The position numbers and the translations under genes are program-made. 64,000 nucleotides of DNA from Eledone cirrhosa (lineage: Eukaryota), in the NCBI GenBank assembly GCA_964016885.1, contig OZ024754.1, forward strand, positions 11,594,001-11,658,000, written 5' to 3'. Below the pieces are notes generated by a model that had not been told where the DNA came from, did no database searches, and saw only the letters and a list, made by a program, of their open reading frames with translations. Of this stretch, positions 15,323 through 27,429 are shown in pieces. Positions within the stretch are counted from its first letter, which is position 1. The number at the start of each line of letters is the position of its first letter.

Positions 15323-15868
15323 ATCATAGTGGTATATAGCATGCCTTGAGCATTTTAAACCTTGCGAAGCCCATTCCTTCACCAGGTTTGAACACAGCCA
15401 ATTTCTTCCAGAGAGAGAGAGAGGATCGACCCCCCCCCACACACACACACACACACTACTGAACTGCTACTTTTTTCAATCAACCACAAAAGGCTAAAAG
15501 GCAAAGTTGAACTGGAAGTAAAGAGAGCCAGAAGAAGTACTGCAAACCATTCTGTTGGATGTTCTAACAACTCTGCTAATTTGTCACCTTATTTATAAAA
15601 AAAATTACAGTGAAAACAGTGTTCATATATAGTGCAAAGAGTATAAATAAACTGTGCTAATACATAGTGCAGAAAATGGTAAATATATGTGTATGAAGAG
15701 TGCAGAATAAGATAAAATGGGGTACTAGTATTTTAGAAGCAGGCACTCAATGTCTACTGTTTATATATATTATATATCACCTCCATGCTTCCTGAAATTC
15801 ACCAACATTACACCTGAACACTGTACACAATAATTTTTTAATTATTATTATTATTTCCATTATTATTT

Positions 15869-16135
15869 TTATTGCGCATCATTACTGCTTTGCTGAGCAC
15901 AGCTCTGTGCACCTTGAGTTTTTGTTGAGGTTTCTATTGTATTGATAGTACTTTTTGTAATAGGTGTGCAGTACCTAGTAGTGCTATCTTTTGTATGCTG
16001 TATATATTTGTAAGTCTTGGGGAATCGGCTATGTATTTGTCTGTGTTTTTTTATCATTCCTAGAGCACCTATTATTATAAGTATTGTTTCTGTTTTCATT
16101 TTCCACATTTGAGTTATTTCTATCTCTAGAAGATA
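15869..16135 (-). mobile_element. Decayed 3' end of an R4/Dong-like non-LTR element (REL endonuclease C-terminus)
   Basis: LEIEITQMWKMKTETILIIIGALGMIKK matches the LE.E..+W....P+++GALG motif of REL LINEs. Confidence 0.7.
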
Positions 16136-16385
16136 TATTGTCATCTGTGGGGTTAGATAGATAGTCCACCATGTATGGTGATCTAGTGCCTCAAGAACAA
16201 AGCACCCAGTCCATCCTGTAAGGTGGTAGTGTTTGGTGCCACAATAAAAAGCACCTAGTCTATCCTGTAAGGTGGTAGTGTTTGGTGCCACAATAAAAAG
16301 CACCCAGTTCACTCTGTAAAGTGGTTGGCATTAGGAAGGGCATTGTAAATGATGGAATTGTAAATGTACCAGGTCTGAACAAAGC

Positions 16386-16429
<44 letters not shown>

Positions 16430-17046
16430 ATCAATAATGCAAGTATTAGACTGATACTTTTTTTTATCAACCTCGTTAGAATGAAGAGCAAAGTTGACCA
16501 CAGATGGTTTTGAAAGTAGAGAGCAGAGTTGGAACAAATACTACAAGGCATTCATTCTCCCCGATGTTCTCACAACTCTATTAGCTGAGAATTATGGTTA
16601 TGGTAATGAAAGGGTTAAATCAGCAATCCAGAAATGTTACTTTGATGTTACAGATGAAAAAAAAAGAAAAAAGAAAAAAGAAAAAAAAGAAAAAGAAAGA
16701 AAGAAAAAAGAAAGAAGAAAAAAAGGAAGGAGAAGGAAAGAATGACATGTAAACCTTTAGTCATCTTCAGTCATTGGGATTAAAATCTATGAATTACAAT
16801 CACAGGTCATAGAATAAAATCTTAAAAAAAAAAATATATATATATATAATACAATAATAAAACTAACATTAAAACAACAAAACAACAACAACACATTGCG
16901 AATAAGAGCATGCCACAGTGTGAGGATTTCAGCCCAGCGGAGCAGGAGGAGGGGAGGAGGAGGAGGAAGAAGAGTTGTCAGGCTGCTGTAGTAGTAGTTG
17001 TAGTAGTAGTAGTAGTAGTAGTAGTTGTTGTAGTTGTAGTAAACAC

Positions 17047-17256
17047 CTTTGCTTCAGGGTCATCACCGAAAGCCTGGGACTGAGTTACATCAAAATGTAT
17101 GACCTCTGCTTGCTCCTCCTCCTGTAGCTGCTGCTGTTGCTGTTGTTGGTGTTGAAGGTGCGGTGGTGGTGACTGCATCATCCCGGTAGCAGAGTTGTCA
17201 GAGTGATGAGGGCTGCCGTTTTGCTGAAGTAGTCTATTGCTACTATGAGGGACCTG
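17047..17256 (-). CDS. ATP6V0A1: Candidate cytosolic-loop exon A with polyQ (QVPHSSNRLLQQNGSPHHSDNSATGMMQSPPPHLQHQQQQQQQLQEEEQAEVIHFDVTQSQAFGDDPEAK)
   Basis: Tandem CAGCAG acceptor after a pyrimidine tract; open phase-0 frame of 210 nt; EEEQAEVIHFD resembles vertebrate a1 EEDAEIIQHD. Donor AAG/GTGTTT is weak. Confidence 0.7.
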
Positions 17257-17505
17257 CTGTAACAGGGCAAGAAATATGTTAAATTAAAACAGATCGAAAC
17301 CATATTGACACTGCTTCTTCACCAGGTACAGCAATAGCAACAACAACTTAGTAAAGGTGTATACAAACTCATATACAATGTATGTATGTACCTACAACTC
17401 CTGAGGGAGTTGTAGGGTGCTGCACTGACATACAGTGTTTCTAGGTAAACCTTTTAAAACCTGGCAGAGTCCATCTCCTCTCCGTATAGTCTCACTGTGA
17501 GTATT

Positions 17506-17733
17506 TTAACCCTTTAGCATTTATATTACTCTATATATACTATTGTATTTATGTGGTAAATGCTTTATCTTACATAGTTATCTCACATAATATTAAATCT
17601 ATGAGATTTTGATGTTATTTATTTTGAGAACAACACCTTAACATCAATATGAGCGGCCAGTTACCGCTGGTTTGAACTGAAAGAGGTGAGGGAATTCTGG
17701 CCGGATATACCCGGTTTAAATGGTAAAGGGTTA
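17506..17733. mobile_element. piggyBac-type MITE family A; other copies 29612-29814, 37115-37502 (interrupted), 52212-52440, 55500-55935, 59892-60120, 61542-61750
   Basis: TTAA-CCCTTTAGCATT...AATGCTAAAGGG-TTAA termini with shared internal sequence. Confidence 0.85.
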
Positions 17734-20039
17734 AGATGTGATTATATCACTGCACCCTCAGTACAAGTGCAAGAGTAGAGCTGTATGTATATACATGTAT
17801 ACAGCACTCTGTGAAGGCATGTAGCCTAGTGGTTCGGGTGTTGGACTTGCAATTGTAATGTCATGTGATTCATGGACCAGGTGGTGTGTTGTGTTCTTGA
17901 GCAAAACACTTCATTACATATTGTTCTAGTCCACTCAGCTGAAATGAAAATAAGTCGCAGAAATAGCTGGGGTTAACTCTGTGGCGACATGCTATCCTGT
18001 TCATGGGAGTCAGAGTAGCAATGACTTGACGAGGCCTTGGCCTTGGGACAGACTAAATGTTTTTATACAGTACTGCTGTGACACTAGTACTGAGGTAACT
18101 GTAACAAAATCACAGCTCAAAATATGCACAGCTTGACTATATGTATAATAAATACACATATAGCCTCACTGAATATTTTAACTCTTTTGTCGCCAAACCA
18201 CCTGAAACTGCCCCTGGTTCTACAATACAGAACTGTCTATTTTAAAGTGTATATATTTATCTAAAAAAAACTTCCATCACTATTTTATGTAAGAACTTTT
18301 GTTAAATTATGCTCCGAAAACAATCTTGGTTTTCAAAATTAATTGAAAATCAGAGACAGTTTCTTTTATAAGGTAATGGAAGGGTTAAAATGCGAGACAG
18401 TGTCTTTTATAAAGAGATAGGGTAATGGTAGGGCTAAGATATGATTATATCACAACTACTTCAGCGTGCATGTAAGCAGAGGCCTACATACTATGAGATA
18501 TTGAGGTAGCGTTGATGTGATCATAGCTTAAAAGACCATATATTAGACTATATGTATGTAGGACCAGATTTGGACCATAGGGGCCCAGGGCAGTTCAGGT
18601 TTGGTAGGCCCCTCATATAACATCACACACACAGGCATACATAAGCAGGAAGAGAGTGTGAGAGAGAGAGTGAAAAAGGGAGAAGGAATCCTGTTCAGAG
18701 CAGGGTGGGATCTGTTTGATGAGTGAGAGACCAAAGCATTCACCCCCACTACTCCATGATAAATTTGGCCCTGTAAGTATGTCTGTTATACATATCTTAT
18801 ATAGGTCCATATACACCTTTGTGAACCACACTGTGTCCATGCTATTGCGAATAAAATGGTAATCTTCACATTAAGAGCAATTTTCAAGATATGTAAACAG
18901 AATTTCACATAACCTATAAATTAAAAAAAATCATGTGTATTTGACTTCCATTTTCTTGATGTGTAGGAACTGCAAATTTTAATGCTTATTAAAGATTTTT
19001 AAATATATCTTTTCATAAAATTAAAAGCAATTAAAAAGAGGATTTTTCTGGAACATTAAACCAAAATGATAATAACTTGCATAACTAGAATTAATATTTA
19101 AAAGGTTAAATAAAAGTAAAAGAGAGAGAAGAAAAAGAACAATGAAATATAATTAAATGGAGTTGACATTGCAAAATTTATTTTAACAAACATGTCAACA
19201 AAATGCTTTCTGAAAAAGAAAAAAAATTATTACTTTTTAAGAATTCATTAAAACAGACACACACACAGAGTAATAGACAGACACACAGAGACACACAGAT
19301 GATCTGTTGACTCATTGAGTTAGACCACTTCTTGAGCCTGCTTCCTTCTTTCATTTAACAATGCAGTGCCTCCTCGTCACATGCTCTGATGTGGCAAAGA
19401 CATACAGAGATATTGCAAAGACATACAGTAATATGGCAAGACTAAGAGTTCCATGGCACCAATGGTACTTCAACATAAGGCACAGAAGCACAAGCGATGT
19501 ATACTACACCATCCTTGGGCCTCAATGAGTGAGGAAACTATGGAAGTGGTGGTATTTCATTAATGCAGAAACACACGATACCCTAATCACCCAAATCACT
19601 CATGATACCTTCATCACCACCGTTTGACAATTTTTTAATGCTAGCATGGGTTAGACGAGTTGTCCCATTGCGAGACAAGTCAGATCAGATGACTATGTCT
19701 TGGTCATACTGAATTGTTTCTGGCTTGGTTTCTACAGCTGGATGTCCTTCCTAATGCCAACCACATTCACAGTGTTCACACACAAGTATCAATATTCACA
19801 TACACATATTTTCAATAATTGCAACTGAAGAAGTGTTTATTTAATTTGATCCTGCTTTCATATGGAAAATGTTATGACATTAACAGTTTTCAGTCAAAAA
19901 TGAATTAACGTGTAAGGTAAACTGAGGTTAGATATAGCCACCATGTTTTAATTAGAAGCTTCAGCAGTGAAAAGTATGAACTATTCCTCCTTACACAGAA
20001 AAACATAAAATATTATTATTATGCATTTCAGACATTGTT

Positions 20040-20310
20040 GCTGCCTCATCTTCTGATGTACATGAGATGCATCTGGGAGTGGTGACTAATCTCTCAGAGG
20101 CTGAAGTCATAAGAGCAGTAAAAGAGCTCAAATGTGGCAAGGCTGCTGTGGAAGATGAAATATGGCCAGAGGTGTTAAATGCCTTAAATAGAGAAGGTAT
20201 TGTCTGGCTGACTCATGTGTGCCGAGTGGCCTGAATCTCTGGAAAGGCACCTAAGCAATGGCAATTGGGAGTAATAATCCTAATTTTCAAAAAGGGAGAC
20301 AAGAGAGACA
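20040..20310 (+). mobile_element. Decayed RTE-type LINE ORF2 fragment
   Basis: EVIRAVKELKCGKAAVEDEIWPEVLNAL...IFKKGDK with an internal stop. Confidence 0.8.
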
Positions 20311-20771
20311 ATTAAAGTGATAGATATAACTTGTTTTTAAATTAGAAACTTTAGCTAGGGAAAAAATAAACTGACGTGTAAACATTTTCAACTAATTTCC
20401 CGAGTTATTGGAAATTTTCATTGGGGTCACGTGGCCTAATGTAAAATATGTTGGACTTACCATCATAATGTCGTGGGGTTGATTCCTAGACTGGGCTATG
20501 TGTTGTGTTCTTGAGCAAAACACTTCATTTCACATTGCTCCAGTATACTCAGCTGAAAATGAGTACCAGCAGTAGCTGGAAGCTTAACCCTGCGATGGAC
20601 TGGCGCCATGGAAACCAGGATAAGCACAGGCCTTAACAAGCCTCCAGGCTCGAAACAGACTTTAGACTTATTTAATTTTGATAATTTAGAAATAAGATTT
20701 TGTTTAAATGTCATATAGATAATATGGAGGGAAAAATAATAGTGTTAAATCATTATAGAGTTGGTGCTTAC

Positions 20772-20873
20772 CAGTTGTGCTAAGTGTCTCTTTTTAAGCA
20801 GGTATGGTTTCACCAGCAACATCCATGGCACACAAAGGAAGGCCACCACCACTAGAAATCCTTGGAAATAAGG
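20772..20873 (-). CDS. ATP6V0A1: V-ATPase subunit a exon, TM6 (PYFQGFLVVVAFLCVPWMLLVKPYLLKKRHLAQL)
   Basis: CVPWMLL.KP motif; CAG/GTAAG; 102 nt, phase 0-0. Confidence 0.97.
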
Positions 20874-21009
20874 CTGAGGAAAAAAAAAGAATTTAAATTA
20901 ATAAATATTTCACTAAAATGTTGACTATATATATTTAAAAGACATATTAAATTAAAATCTTTTATAATACTTGTAATTTTATTAAAGTATTTTTACATAA
21001 ATATATTAA

Positions 21010-21262
21010 AGTGCATAGCTCGGAGATCAGCGAGTCACTCCAGGTAGAGCCATTACTTCTCCAAATTGAAAGATCACAGCTCTGATACTATGGGCATGTG
21101 GTTAGAATGTCTCAAGAAAGAATCGCTGGAGTCACTCCAGGTAGAGCCATTACTTCTCCAAATTGAAAGATCACAGCTCTGATACTATGGGCATGTGGTT
21201 AGACTGTCTCAGGAAAGAATTGCTGGACAGAGTTTACAGGTGAAACCAAGAGGTAGGAGACC
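21010..21262 (+). mobile_element. RTE-type LINE 3' fragment with internal tandem duplication; related copies at 43235-43390 and 43880-44190
   Basis: SEISESLQVEPLLLQIERSQL*YYGHVVRM...KPRGRRP. Confidence 0.7.
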
Positions 21263-21367
21263 AGCATTACCACCTTACAGGGTGGACTAGATGCTTTTTG
21301 TTGTAGCACCAGCACTACTTTGACACTAAACTCTGCCAGTTGCAGACTGCGCATTAACATGAGATAT

Positions 21368-22330
21368 TTATCTCCGCAAAGTTTGATCCCCAACAGCAGA
21401 GTTTAAAAAGCAAAGATCAAGTCCAGTCCATAGGTTGACATTATCAAACCATCGTTTTGGCTGCCGGCCTCTGCTTCTCTTACCAGCCAACCTTCCTTCT
21501 AGGCATAACCTACTCACACCACGAGTTGATCTTTTTATATGACCATATAGTTTGAGTACTCTTGACTTGACAATTGATGTAATTGGTTTAAGTCTGGTAA
21601 TGTTGAGCAGCTCACTGATACAGATACAGTCGCTGAGCTGCTTGCCAGTCATAAGTCTCATGATGTGGTTCTGGAATGTAGAGAGCTGCTGAAGTGACCT
21701 TGTCGTCCAATTAACACAGTCAAGACCATATAACACAACTGGTAGGATGTAAGTATCAAAGATCTTAGCCTTCAAATGATAGAAAACTCGTTTTGATGTT
21801 AGTACTTCCTTGTTCTTGTTGAAAGCTGCCCAACCTAGAGCAATGCGATACTGTGCAGCAACCATTCCATTGTTATTTGATGATAGTTTGTGATCGAGAT
21901 ATACAAACTCCGTAAATTGAGCAATTTTCTGGTTGTAGATCGGGAGTTGGAAATTGGCATTGTTTTTATCAGTTGTCATACACTTTGTTTTGGAGATGTT
22001 GATACGCAAGCCAGCCTCCAGTGAATGTTTGGCCAGTATATTCAGAAAGTCTTGCAGATCAGTTCTAAAGTAACTCATGATGGCCAGATCATCTGCATAG
22101 CTAAGATTTGATAGGATTTTACCTCCTATTTGATAGACAGGGTAGCATTCTTCAGTTTGGTAAATAAGTGCAGCTATAACTATACAGAAAAGAAGTGCTG
22201 ATAGTACATCTCCCTGCTTAACTCCCTTCAAGGTACACCGTGTAGTTCCCAAGTCTGGTTTGATATATGTTGTTGAGTTGGTGTAAGTTTTTTTCAGTAG
22301 GATGATGTATTTTTTGTTAATTGAGGTCTT
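21368..22330 (-). mobile_element. RTE-like LINE reverse transcriptase fragment
   Basis: GVKQGDVLSALLF, YADD, LRINISKTK, LYGHIKR...GKRSRGRQPKRW. Confidence 0.92.
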
Positions 22331-22679
22331 GTGAAACCAACAGGTAGGAGACCAGTATTACCACCTTCCAACTGGATTAGGTGCTTTTTGTTGTGGCACC
22401 AGCACTACCACCTTATAGAGAGGACTGGGTTCTTTTTGTTGTTCACCAGTACTACCACCTTCTGAGAGGACTGGGTGCTTTTTGTTGTGGCACGAGCATT
22501 ACCACCTTCCAAGTGGACTGGGTGCTTTTTGTTGTGGCACGAGCATTACCACCTTCCAAGTGGACTGGGTGCTTTTTGTTGTGGCGCCTGCCTCTACCAC
22601 AAGGTTTAACAAATAAAATTTAAAAAAATATATGAAATGTTTCTAAAGTGCTTGTATTATCAATTTAATTAATACACAC

Positions 22680-22750
22680 CTGGCCAGTGTAGAAAGGTTT
22701 CTCATACACGGGAGTGGTAGGATATTTAAAAAGGAACATATTAATTAGAC
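22680..22750 (-). CDS. ATP6V0A1: V-ATPase subunit a exon (LINMFLFKYPTTPVYEKPFYTGQ)
   Basis: INMFL...Y.GQ motif; CAG/GTGTGT; 71 nt, phase 1-0. Confidence 0.95.
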
Positions 22751-23324
22751 CTGAAATAAAAAGAAAAAGAAAAAGAAATTAAACTAAATATAACAAAATA
22801 TATTAACTGAAAAATATTATTTCTACGAGGGTTGGCTCAAAAGTTCATAGGTTAACCAAGATACTCTCATTGAATGATCAAATGAACTTTATTTTTCAAC
22901 ATAGTCCCTGGAAAGAAACAATGCAGTTATTAGAGTTACTGACCTTTTAGATGGGCCAGGGGTTTACAGCTTGCTTACTTATGTTCCAACACTCTGCTGA
23001 GTGCTGAAACAAGCTAGGCACCTGCATCTCATTTATAAACATTCCCTCCCTCTACCAAATGCATTTTATGATGGCACCAGCACTAGAGAGGTTGTCATGT
23101 CTTTGACATAGCTGAAGAGTCCTCGCAACCTTTTGTTTGGCAGGTTTTCTACAACTTTACCTCTCAACCTTCCAGGGTTGATAAATAAAGTATTGGTGAA
23201 GGGATGGTAGATTGGTGGAATTGTAGAAGTGGTGTAGTGACATATGTAGGCAGTGTTTTTCATTAGAAATGTGGTAATGGAAGAATTACATTAGAAATGT
23301 GGTAATGGAAGAATTCATCCTTAC

Positions 23325-23470
23325 CTATGAGTAAACTTGGTGCGTCATCTCTATAATCAAAATATATCCACTTGACAAAAATTAAGATGACCAGATAACC
23401 AAACAAACAAGAGAGGAATATAATCTGAGGAATGAACTCACAGAATATATTCAAAGGTTTCTGGAAATAT
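23325..23470 (-). CDS. ATP6V0A1: V-ATPase subunit a exon (YFQKPLNIFCEFIPQIIFLSCLFGYLVILIFVKWIYFDYRDDAPSLLI-G)
   Basis: EFIPQ..F...LFGYL and APSLLI motifs; CAG/GTAAG; 146 nt. Confidence 0.97.
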
Positions 23471-23745
23471 CTGAAATAAAAACAAAACACATTTGTTAGA
23501 TTGCATTGTGGAAAAGTCAGAGAAAATTGCCAACAAAAATGTGAAGATAGATAATATAGTCTTATATTCTCCTAATTGTTTCTGTTATCAGATTGCAGTC
23601 ATGCTGTCACCATGAAAGGATTTAGTCGATCATATCAATCCCAGCACTTATTTTATTGATCTTTTTTCATCAAACGATTAAGTTACAGGTCATAAACACA
23701 GAGTCAGATACACACACACTGAACAACCCTGTGTGTATGTGTGTG

Positions 23746-23767
<22 letters not shown>

Positions 23768-23782
<15 letters not shown>

Positions 23783-24045
23783 ATAATAATGAAATTATTG
23801 TGTAAAGTGCTCAGGTGCACTACAACTCGTCAAGAAAGTACATAGAATAATACACAAATGTCAGGGAAGTACATGTGTGTATGTGTTAGCTGTAGTGTTG
23901 GCGGATCTCGGGAAGCATAGAAGCCTTAAAGGATGCAGTGTCTCGACAGCTAACAACTGATGCAGGTAGTTTGTTCCATGCTTCAGCAACTCTGAGCGTG
24001 AAAAAATGTTTCCGAAAGTCATGGGAACTGTGCTGTTTTCTTACT
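23768..24045 (-). mobile_element. CR1/L2-type LINE 3' end
   Basis: Minus frame RKHFFTLRVAEAWNKLPASVV, then 3'UTR ending in (ATT)n; the same 3'UTR recurs at 37700-37910. Confidence 0.8.
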
Positions 24046-24111
24046 TATATATAGGAGGAGGAAGTTATAGTTCACTTGAAGCATTGTGTAATGAGGTATA
24101 AACGTTTGTAT

Positions 24112-24702
24112 CATCATCTTGCATGGGTTTGGACGGGGGTAGTCCCACTTGAGGCAAGAGTGATTGTCTTGCTCGCATAGGACTGTCTGGCAGGTTTTCT
24201 ACAGTTGGATGCCCTTCCTAACACCAACCACATTTACAGTGTGGGTCTGGGAGGTTTTTACCGTGTTGCCTACACGGCCACATTACAGCGTGGACTGTGT
24301 GTTTTTTTGTCGTGACACCTACACGATCTCATTTGTTTCGGCCTGGATGGCGCGGCACCAACATAACTTTACATAGAACGGGGTGGTGTGGATGGGGTGG
24401 GGGTGGTGGTGGTGGGACGGGGTGTATTTTGTTAGAGATGCCTACTGGCTGGAGTAGGTTTTACTATATATTTAGGTAAGGCGGGTCTTCTCTGTTACTG
24501 AGTACCGCCAAAGGTCTCGGTCCAGTGACATTGTCTTGGAGAGGAGTAAGTGTGTGATGTCGGAGTTTATCAGCTCGTCCCAGGTTTTTCTAGGTCTGCC
24601 TATTCCGTGACTACCGTCTATCTTTATTGCCCTGCACTTTGTTATACAGCTATCGACTTTCATGCGCATCACGTGTCCATACCAACGTAGCCTTCTCTCG
24701 AG
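24112..24702 (-). mobile_element. RTE LINE 3' fragment, same family as 32108-35560
   Basis: LERRLRWYGHVMRM...GRPRKTWDEL; near-identical to 32140-32725. Confidence 0.92.
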
Positions 24703-24852
24703 TAATGTATAATAAAGCCAAAACAATGCAGGTATGGTAAAAGACTAATTGTCAACAATATCTTTTGCATTTGCATTCTTTATTCTATGTCCATACCTGC
24801 ATTGTTTTGGCTTTATTATACATATACAAACGTTTATATATATATATAAATA

Positions 24853-25040
24853 TGTAGAAGGAAGATGCAGTAGAGGAAGACCACGAAAAACATGGGCGGA
24901 GGTGGTGAGAGCTGATCTCAGATCGCTGAAGCTCACGGAGGAGATGACAAAGGACCGTGACGAATGGAAAGATACTGTGCTGAATAGGACCCGTCCAACC
25001 CCTGCAAGTAGAGAAAAGCGGACGTAAAATGATGATGATA
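24853..25040 (+). mobile_element. RTE LINE extreme 3' fragment with (ATG)n tail
   Basis: VEGRCSRGRPRKTWAEVVRADL; matches 28380-28566. Confidence 0.88.
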
Positions 25041-25216
25041 TATATATATATATATATTTATATGCTCAACTTTGACTATTTTACATAGTCAAACAACGTA
25101 GATGCTTCTTTCAAATTCACAATGTAACAGGTTGCTACACAATAAAAAAAAAAAACTAACTACATGTAAGTGAAACTTCGTTTTCCTTTATTTATATATA
25201 TATATATATATATAGT

Positions 25217-27362
25217 AGCTTAAAATGGAGTGGGAAAAAGAAGAAAGCAAGAACGGGGAGGAGTTTTCCTCATCAGTTGTCTACTGGGGGTCTCGGATAT
25301 TTCTACGCTTTAAAGACAAGATATCTACCGCCCAGAGCGTCAATAACTGGATAAGTTATTGGGAAAACGGAGGAGGGAGGGAAGGAAAACAAAAGAGAAG
25401 AAAAGAGAAAACAGCGAAAAAAAAACAACAAACCAAGCAATGTGCTAGCAACTTAACCCTTTAGCATTCACATTAATTGGCAGTATCGGTAGAGGGTCGA
25501 ACGTCATGCTTTGAAGCATAGAGTTACCTCCCTTTATGATCTGAGTTCAAATCCCGCCGAGGTTAACTTTGCCTTTCATCCTTACAGGTTCAATAAAATA
25601 AAGTACCAGTAATACACTGGGATAATTGCTGGCCTTGTGCCAAAAGTAGAAACAATTAATTTTCAAATGTCATGCTTATCTGTAGGCTTGAAATTTTGTC
25701 AGTAGATGTTTAAATATCAATAATTTACAATTATATAATTTTACCTGATCTTTTTGGTTAAATTTGACTTTTATGGGCAGGGGAAATTAATTAATAGGGG
25801 CATTTGAAGTATCAACCAGGTGCAAATACTGGTTTAATTTTAAATACATTGTTTTCGGCATAATACTTGATATATAAGGATCACTAAACCTTATATCAGT
25901 GCTCCAGTAATTCCACAGTCTTGGAAATTGTTTTATACCGAACATAATATTTATGGTAAAAAATGCTTGCCTTTCCGCAGCATCTGTCGGTTGCCAAACA
26001 GATTGGGTTTTCCTTGATTTGAAATCTGTTGTTGGGTATGTCGATTAATCTCTTCTGCCACAACTTCGAAGAAAGTTTGTGGTAAAAACAAAAAGAAATA
26101 ATCCGGTGCTTTAGCATCGGGAGCTAATGTGTGTTGTGGACCAGTATTTTGAATAAAATCGGAAACATATATTGGTGTGCTATTTTTCAACCACGTTGCT
26201 GTAATATTTTGAATGGCGTCCTGGAGATCTCCTTCGTTTTCACTTTCAAAACAACAATCATCGTCGGATGAAATTTCAGAAATGTAAACATCTGATTCAT
26301 TTGAAGATAAATCACTAATATTATCTTTTGTTTCTTGTTCATTCTGAATGTCATCGTGTGTAAAACCTTCAAAGTCGGTATCGCTACTTTCACAAGCCAT
26401 GTTGATAAACAAAAAATCTGTTCTACTTTCAATGTTAAAAAAACACGTTGTTTTAAGTTGTTTCACTATATTAAGTGTTAATTTTCGTGGTAAGCGCCTA
26501 ATCTTGCAGTAATTATCAAATTGACGAGATTTTGATGATGGTTTGTTTATTTTTAGAACAATATTATAGTGTGGGTGTTATCGGCTGGTTTTGGGCAGTT
26601 TGAATAAATGAAGGGGAAATAATTTCAGGCGGTTTGAACACTAAAGGGTGAAGGTAAGAAAATCCAAGACTACACGATGAGAGAACTTAAGTTCAAGACT
26701 GTGTGGGCAAGAGAAAAGACGCACGTCTGACCCCAGCGAGTTGTGAGAAAGGGACTACTAGAGGGTCAGACGAGGGAAAAATGAGGTGGCAGGCAGAGAG
26801 AGGATGAGTGAAAGTGAGAGGGAGAAAGGGAGAGGAATAAAGTGGGGTAAGAGTAGATAGTAAGAAAATAGTTAGGCAGAGGAAGAGAGAAGACTGGTAC
26901 AGAGGATGAGTGAAAGTGAGAAAGGGAGAGGAAGAAAGAGGGGTGAGAGTAGATAGTAGCAAAATAGGTAGGTAGAAGGGGAGAGAAGAATGGTCACAGC
27001 GAAAACATGATAAAATATATGGAGTAGTCCTTTTCTCACTTACAACTCACTGGGGTCAGACGTGTGTCTTTTCTCTCGCCCACACAGTCTTGAACTTAAG
27101 TTCTCTCATCGTGTGGTCTTGGATTTTCTTACCTTAAGTTGCTCGCACATTGCTCGGTTTGTTGTTTTATTTGCTCACTGTTTTCTCTTTTCTTCCCTCC
27201 CTCCTCCGTTTTCCCAATAACTTACCCAGTTATTGACGCTCTGGGCGGTAGATATATTGTCTTTAAAGCGTAGAAATATCCGAGACCCCCAGTAAACAAC
27301 TGATGAGGAAAACTTCCCCCCCCCCCCCGTTCTTGCTTTCTTATTATCACTCCATTTTAAGC

Positions 27363-27363
<1 letters not shown>
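25217..27363. mobile_element. Large fold-back element (arms 25217-25456 + 26653-26760 and 27023-27363), left arm split by a piggyBac insertion
   Basis: Arms are reverse complements; the empty TTAA site is at 27134-27137 in the right arm; microsatellite on both sides. Confidence 0.85.
25457..26648 (-). mobile_element. piggyBac-like transposon remnant (transposase N-terminus, frameshifted) with a nested SINE at 25478-25655
   Basis: TTAA-CCCTTTAGCATTCA and TGAACACTAAAGGG-TGAA ends; acidic N-terminus then F..NTGP...PDYFFLFL....EVVAEEINR typical of PGBD transposases. Confidence 0.8.
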
Positions 27364-27408
<45 letters not shown>

Positions 27409-27429
27409 TACACACACATATATGTAGAG

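Noticed and set aside
14067-15349. 32-bp array as a CRISPR, or the 414-aa ORF as a repeat protein
   Set aside because: Head-to-tail units with no unique spacers, no cas genes, eukaryotic intron; the ORFs arise from the periodicity.
19310-19390. Possible extra loop exon after a catcAG acceptor
   Set aside because: All three frames hit stops within about 35 nt.
27296-27335. CTGATGAG in the large fold-back element as a hammerhead
   Set aside because: No correctly placed GAAA and helix III in either arm.
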